This document shows, piece after piece, positions 58,685 to 64,000 of a stretch of DNA of 64,000 bases. Source of the DNA: a virus. The translations under genes were made by a program, and so were the position numbers. The notes beneath the pieces were generated by a model. The model was not told where the DNA came from. It did no database searches and was given only the letters and a program-made list of their open reading frames with translations. Positions within the stretch are counted from its first letter, which is position 1. Each line of letters starts with the position of its first letter. The stretch lies in the IMG/VR virus record IMGVR_UViG_3300034683_000333; one strand, written 5' to 3'.

Positions 58685-61430
58685 AGATCAGGATGATCAA
58701 CTCACTTTCACCTAATGCGTGTCCAAAATAAAGGTTTTTGTTCCTAATATGTTCCATACCATCGTGATCAAGTAGCATAATAACGTTTTTCACAGGAATA
58801 TCTTTCATTTTGAGTTTATAACCATTTTCTGGATCATCTCCGTGAGCAATTGCAGTTAAATAGGGTTGCCAATTTTTCTTGATACGTACATCCACACCAT
58901 GTTTCTTCCAAACATCCAACGTTTCCTCAATGGGTAAATAATTATCGTCGGCTTTTGAAAAAATACTTGGTATTCCACTATCATAAGTTGTGGAGACAAC
59001 ACCTCCCATTATATACCACTTGCCATGTACGGAAGGACCATGTTTTTGTGGATCGATTAAATAATTTCCACGGTATATATCGTGGCTTATAACTTTTTCT
59101 CCATTTTTGTCTTTTATACCAAAAAATATCTGTGCATCTTGTCTGTTAAGATATTCTTGGGTGGTTTCATATATAGCTTTAAATTCTTTTACCTAAAGTT
59201 CTGGTACATCTTCTTCTCGTAATGAATTTGGGTTCTAATTATAAATTGAATTTCTTACATAGTCGAAATCATCCGATACTGAAATATTAAGGATATTTCG
59301 TGCAGTTCTCCTTATAAGAAGTGAATTGTTTTTATTTGAACTATTGAGCCAATTACCAATAATATTATGTGAAGAGATTCTAAGCATATCTATAATATTG
59401 TCATCGTTATGACCAATGCGCTTGAGTAAATCTGACTATGCTTTTGGCTTTATTGAATTGAAATATAAACGATGAAAATAAGTACGATTTAGGTATGGAT
59501 CAAGTTTTTTGAGATGTTCTGCGAATGTTGATCCATCAAATCCATCGGGTCGATATACCACGTCATGATCGATAAGTGCACCAATCTGTTTTTTAAGTGG
59601 GTCATTTACATAGTATCTAAAAGCATTGTATGTGAATGCATCTTCAAATTCCTTACTATCTACCAAGCCTTTGGCTATGGCGACACTCTAGGCATCAGTG
59701 ATGTTTTCTTCCTTACCATATTTATCCCATAGTTTTGCCGTATGTGGTAAATCTAGGTCTGTAACCATTTGTGACCATTTTTTATGATAATCTTTATCAT
59801 ATATACTTTCAACCCAAGAACTATTCGAATAAAGATAGGATAGCTTTGTTATCATCGATCGTGGATCATCTTTATCCCATAAGCTATCCACGATCTTCAC
59901 AAAATCTTTTACTGGAGTATTTCCAAAAACGTGTTGTCGATCCGATGTGAGACCCCATTTAGACATCGTGTTGGCAACCGCAAGATAAAAGATAGCGGGT
60001 TCTTTGTCTTTAACTTTTTTAGTCCAATCGATTCCAGAAAAAATATCAAAATTTTTTTTCTTTGTGGAGCTAACATATCCAAGAAAATCAAGCGTTGTTT
60101 TCAAGAACTCAGTAAATGATACTGGATAACCAGTTTTAGAAAGCGTCATGTAAGACTGACCTTCTCCAGTTTCAATAAAGTGTTTAATGAAGGATTTAAG
60201 TCTTGTAAATGTGTATTCTTCATTACCCCATTCACCACCCATATATTTTTGATGCCAATTTGGTCCACGTTCCGAAACACCGACAAAATCTCCAATGAGT
60301 TTTTCAAAGTTTTTAGTTTTCGTGAGTTCATTAAAGTCAATTAACTTTTCGACATTCACAACTTCACCTTTGTAAATACCATATTCATTAACTTGTTCTT
60401 TTTTGACATCAACGGTGGTTTTCATCTTGTCAATTGAGGTTTCCAGTTTTGTGACTCCAGGACCGAACAACCGATTAACATTTAGAATGCCAACAATCTC
60501 CCTTGCATGGCGCATGGCAAATGTTTTGATATCCGCCCGATCTTGCATCGAAAGTTTTCCGGTTTTGGCGTACTCTCGAATCCAATTATCAACTTGAAGT
60601 TGTTTGGTTGGAGTAAGCTTGAAAACACCCTTACCAAGGTATTGTTCGTAAAACGGTCTGATGTTGGGATCTCCATGAATTGATCGGTACATGTGAACAA
60701 GCTGAAGGGCATAAATGGAGCTTTTTTCAATAGACGAAATAAGACCATCGGTCGTTAGTGGGCGTCTCTTTTTGCTTGGCTTCCCACGCTTTGGCTTAGC
60801 TTCGGGTACTGGTGTAAGGGATTTCGATTTTGTTGCTTTCGCTTCAACGGGTTTGGAGACCGAAGTGAGATTGAATTCCTTCGCCTTCTTTGCAATCACA
60901 TCCTTTGGAAGCTTGAATTGTCGCCAACGATTGTTACCATTTAAAATATCGGCAAGCTGGTGGGAATACTTAGGCATTTTTGCCTGTACCGCATCGATGG
61001 CCCGTTGAAAACTACGTGGATCGGTTTTTTCCCAATTTCTGAATCCTCCGTAGTTTCTTATTTTACGAATGAAATCGGCAACAAAAATACCATCTGGTTT
61101 ATTAAAACCAACGTTATTTTTGAAAATTGTTCTTCCAAAGTTTTTTTCGGTATCGGTTTGAAACTCCCAAAGAAAAAGAAATGCTTCCATTGCGTAATCT
61201 TTATCGGTTGATATTCTATGCCTTATGTCTTTCCAGTGATATCGATTTATGGGTTGATCCATGAAATAATCCACATTTTCCTTCATTTTCTTGAAACTCT
61301 TCTTATTTGGGTCTACCCAATAGGCATTAAGTTTACGAATAGTTTTGACTTTTCCACCCTTTGTTTTGATTCTAGTAGTAATAAACTTATGAATTTTAAT
61401 TAGCTTACCTTTGTTCTTTAAACGAGGCAT
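58683..61430 (-). CDS. 915-aa protein with a basic N-terminus and a C-terminal R-S-E type ADP-ribosyltransferase-like domain, 4 TAG
   Basis: ORFs 59688, 59436 and 58683 are in one frame. C-terminal IYRG...VVSTTY...GESELIIL, then TAA. Confidence 0.7.
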
Positions 61431-61480
61431 TTTAACTATCCTTTTTTATTTGCCTTTTATGTAAAATTAGAAAAAATTAG

Positions 61481-62518
61481 TTAAAAGTAGTTGTTAAATA
61501 ACCACCACGAGTTCTCCTTCGTGGTAACCACCCCAGCCTGGACAATCCTTTGTATTTTTGATTCAAGGTTTGCCTCATGTGGATTGAAAAGCTTATTCAC
61601 GTTAAGAATACCGGCAAGTTCCGTTGCTAAATAACTAGCCGTTCGTTTTACCCATTTCTTTTCTTGATTTGAAAGTTTACCCTCGCTTGTGACGGATTTG
61701 TAAACCATCCATGTGGGAGCATCGATCGTATTCCATGCGTCAACAAGCGTCCTCCTTCCAAGATAGGCACCGTAACGATCGAGTAAATCCTTGTTATTTA
61801 CGATTGTGTCAAGTAGATGAATCATCTGAAGGGCGTATTCTGAACTACGGTTGATTGAATTTTTGATTCCATCAGCCGTAACAAGTTTGATGCGACGACT
61901 TGGTTTTCCCTTTTTTGTCTTAACACCGCCCTTTGCAAATTCCTTAACGGTCTTTGACTTATTGTGTAGTTGTTTCGTTTTCTTGACAAACACGTCTTCG
62001 GGAAGTACAAATTGGCGACGAGAATTATTTCCGTTTAGAATATCTGCAATTTGGCGTGCATATTTAGGCATAACCATTGTAAGTTTTTCACGCCATAGAT
62101 TGAATTCACGGGCATTTTGTTTCTTCTATCCAGCAAGACCCCCCATTCGTCGAATATGTTCAATGGATTGTGATACAAAAGCTCCATCGGGCTTGTTGAA
62201 ACCAACGTTATTTTTGAGTATCGTTTTCCAAAGTTCCTTTTCCATATCCGTTTGAAATTCATACAACATAAGGAAATTTTCAAGTGCATAATCTTTATCG
62301 CTAGACAATTTCTTTCTAATATTTCTGTGATCACATTTTGGTTTATCGACGAGAAAATAATCAACACCTTCCTTGAGTTTTTTGAATGACTCTTTGTTGG
62401 GATCAACATAATATGTGCGAAGAATTGTTACTGGAGTCTTACTTTTACCAACTTTTGTATTCACAAGCTTTTTTATCTTCAGCAACTTGGAATAGTTCTT
62501 TTTTCGACCCATATCCAC
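61481..62518 (-). CDS. 345-aa paralog of the N-terminal half of 58683..61430, 1 TAG
   Basis: ORFs 62126 and 61481 join. GGLAG[TAG]KK aligns with GGFRNWEK; both share KNNVGFNKPDG and MPKY..Q.ADILNGNN. Confidence 0.8.
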
Positions 62519-62577
62519 ATTCCTATTTAGTTTTTGTTAATTAGTTGGTTTATTTATGAAGCCTATAAAAAGCGAAA

Positions 62578-62602
62578 GCCCGCCATGAATTGGGTGGCGG
62601 GC
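62578..62602 (-). terminator. Rho-independent terminator after the UDG gene
   Basis: GCCCGCCA...TGGCGGGC stem followed by TTTCGCTTTT on the minus strand. Confidence 0.7.
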
Positions 62603-62627
62603 ATCGAATTGGAAATGTATTTTTTTT

Positions 62628-63242
62628 TTATTCTAAAAGTGATTTAATCTTGCGTATCGCCTCAACGAAAATTTCACGATTATTGGGATTGTAAAAACAA
62701 GACGATGGATGAATACAATGAAGAACTTTGAAGGAATTTCCACCGAGAATTTCCATTTTCTCAATTTTGCCACAATCAGCGGTCACGCCGCTCATTTTTC
62801 CCCAAAAGAGTTGCCTCGGATAGGCCCCCAAAAGAAGAATGCTGTCAATGCCGAACTCACGTTTGATAGCATCGAGAAGGTTGGTACGCTTAAGAAAACA
62901 ACTCGCCATGGCATCGGGTGTGGGTTTTCCGATCCGCTTTCCGTTTTCGGGTGTAGGCATACAAAAGACGGTGTTTAAAATGATGAGATCATCCCTGGTC
63001 ATTCCAGCTTCCGACTGGAGAGTATCGGTTAGAAGCTTTCCGCTTCGTCCCACAAAAAACGTCCCCTCGGAAATCTCATCAACGTGGGGTGCTTCACCAA
63101 CGACAATAAGTTTTGGGTGTTTTCCAAACCAGGGATACGCCTTTCCATTCTTGTAAAAATCACAAAGCGTACAATCACGAACTTTTTCATGCACTCGTTT
63201 GATGAAATCGATGGGTCGCTTCATTTTCTTTACTCCTCTCAT
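62628..63242 (-). CDS. Uracil-DNA glycosylase, family 4 (4Fe-4S)
   Basis: CTLC...VVGEAPHVDE...FVGRSGKLL...LNTVFCMP...C...LLG...IHPS. No TAG; the start may be 63221. Confidence 0.9.
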   Translation of the reverse strand: MRGVKKMKRPIDFIKRVHEKVRDCTLCDFYKNGKAYPWFGKHPKLIVVGEAPHVDEISEGTFFVGRSGKLLTDTLQSEAGMTRDDLIILNTVFCMPTPENGKRIGKPTPDAMASCFLKRTNLLDAIKREFGIDSILLLGAYPRQLFWGKMSGVTADCGKIEKMEILGGNSFKVLHCIHPSSCFYNPNNREIFVEAIRKIKSLLE

Positions 63243-63255
63243 AATGGGTAAAAAA

Positions 63256-64000
63256 TTATGATTTTTGCAATCTATAATTGTGCCACTCTAAGATGTTCTT
63301 CGTTTCATTATATACATCTTTGAAACGTTTTGCAATAAGATAATTTTCCTTGAACATGTCGATTGAAGTAGCTCCATAGTGAAGGCTCTGTATCTTTTCA
63401 AAAACTCCAAGTCGTTTTAATATATTGTCATACGATTCTGTTTCAGGTAAAATATCTTCGATAACTTTTTCAAGTTTTTTAGTGAACTGTATACTTTTTT
63501 CAACGTCGTAATTCTGGACGATAGCCAAATGTTCACCATCTAATTCTTCAAATTGTTTTTCACGTTTCAGGAGATGATCATACACACCGTCCTGAATATC
63601 ATACTCTTTTATCGGTCTATCTTTATTTGCTATTGGCATATTTTTCCAGAACGTTTTATAAATATCTAAATCATTCATTCCGTACCATTCTCCATATTCC
63701 CAATTGACAAATTCATTTTCCAATAAAGTCACGCTTTTTCTGCTTGTTTTTTCATATCCGTTTTTTGTTTTTTCTGCCGTGTACCACACAAAATCATCAT
63801 AACTGTTGGCCCAAATGTGACTTAGGATATTTGAGTTATTAGTATTTACCGTATCTGAAATGCTTTGGCAACTTTCAAATCTTCCCTTTGGACTCATTGA
63901 TAGAAAATCCAATGGGTTGTTGCTAATATAAGAATATCGTAGACTGCTGATTTTTTGACCTATTGTGGATTGAAAAATACTTAAAAGATTTTTTTGAAGT
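63256..64000 (-). CDS. Hypothetical protein, 5' end outside the window
   Basis: The frame of ORF 63256..63912 stays open to the window edge. Six Trp codons, all TGG; ends TAA. Confidence 0.7.
   Translation of the reverse strand, partial: LQKNLLSIFQSTIGQKISSLRYSYISNNPLDFLSMSPKGRFESCQSISDTVNTNNSNILSHIWANSYDDFVWYTAEKTKNGYEKTSRKSVTLLENEFVNWEYGEWYGMNDLDIYKTFWKNMPIANKDRPIKEYDIQDGVYDHLLKREKQFEELDGEHLAIVQNYDVEKSIQFTKKLEKVIEDILPETESYDNILKRLGVFEKIQSLHYGATSIDMFKENYLIAKRFKDVYNETKNILEWHNYRLQKS

Noticed and set aside
158-63156. Most short ORF-track entries antisense to or overlapping the called genes
   Set aside because: They are shadows of real genes on the other strand or in another frame, lack SD sequences and have atypical composition.
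1-64000. TAG=Gln (translation table 15) or TAG=pyrrolysine
   Set aside because: Alignable TAG sites face Trp (sometimes Tyr or Phe) and I saw none facing Gln. No pyl genes are in the window. Only mass spectrometry can exclude a different residue being inserted at Trp positions.
1-64000. Genome-wide TGA=Trp (table 4)
   Set aside because: TGA terminates many genes exactly at operon junctions (10591, 11691, 31696, 42037, 44380, 46745, 58643). Only the single case at 33439 is ambiguous.
1-64000. CRISPR array, tRNA or rRNA genes
   Set aside because: No regularly spaced direct repeats and no cloverleaf with a T-loop GTTCRA consensus were recognised by eye. A covariance-model search could still find a divergent tRNA.

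Overview
The window is 64 kb of a large, T4-like tailed bacteriophage genome with no host genes and no integration site. Recognisable genes are a gp23-like major capsid protein, a prohead protease-scaffold fusion, a gp17-like large terminase, a tape measure protein, a lytic transglycosylase, a primase, an RnlA-like RNA ligase, a family-4 uracil-DNA glycosylase and an ADP-ribosylglycohydrolase. The main result is that the genome does not use the standard code. TAG occurs in frame inside most structural genes, and every gene I could delimit inside the window ends in TAA or TGA. Where a TAG can be aligned with an internal repeat, a paralog or a known family motif, it usually sits at a conserved tryptophan. 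I therefore infer TAG=Trp, not the TAG=Gln (table 15) known from recoded phages. Under this code the fragmented ORF track collapses into long, tightly packed genes, including a 3,916-aa DUF2341/LamG/Kelch protein with 42 in-frame TAGs and a 1,837-aa tape measure protein. I found no suppressor tRNA, synthetase or release factor in this window. Four IS200/IS605-derived elements are present: IscB with its omegaRNA, TnpB with its reRNA, a solo IscB-type omegaRNA and a solo TnpB-type miniature element. All translation and alignment was done by eye. Family names come from motif recognition, not database searches.
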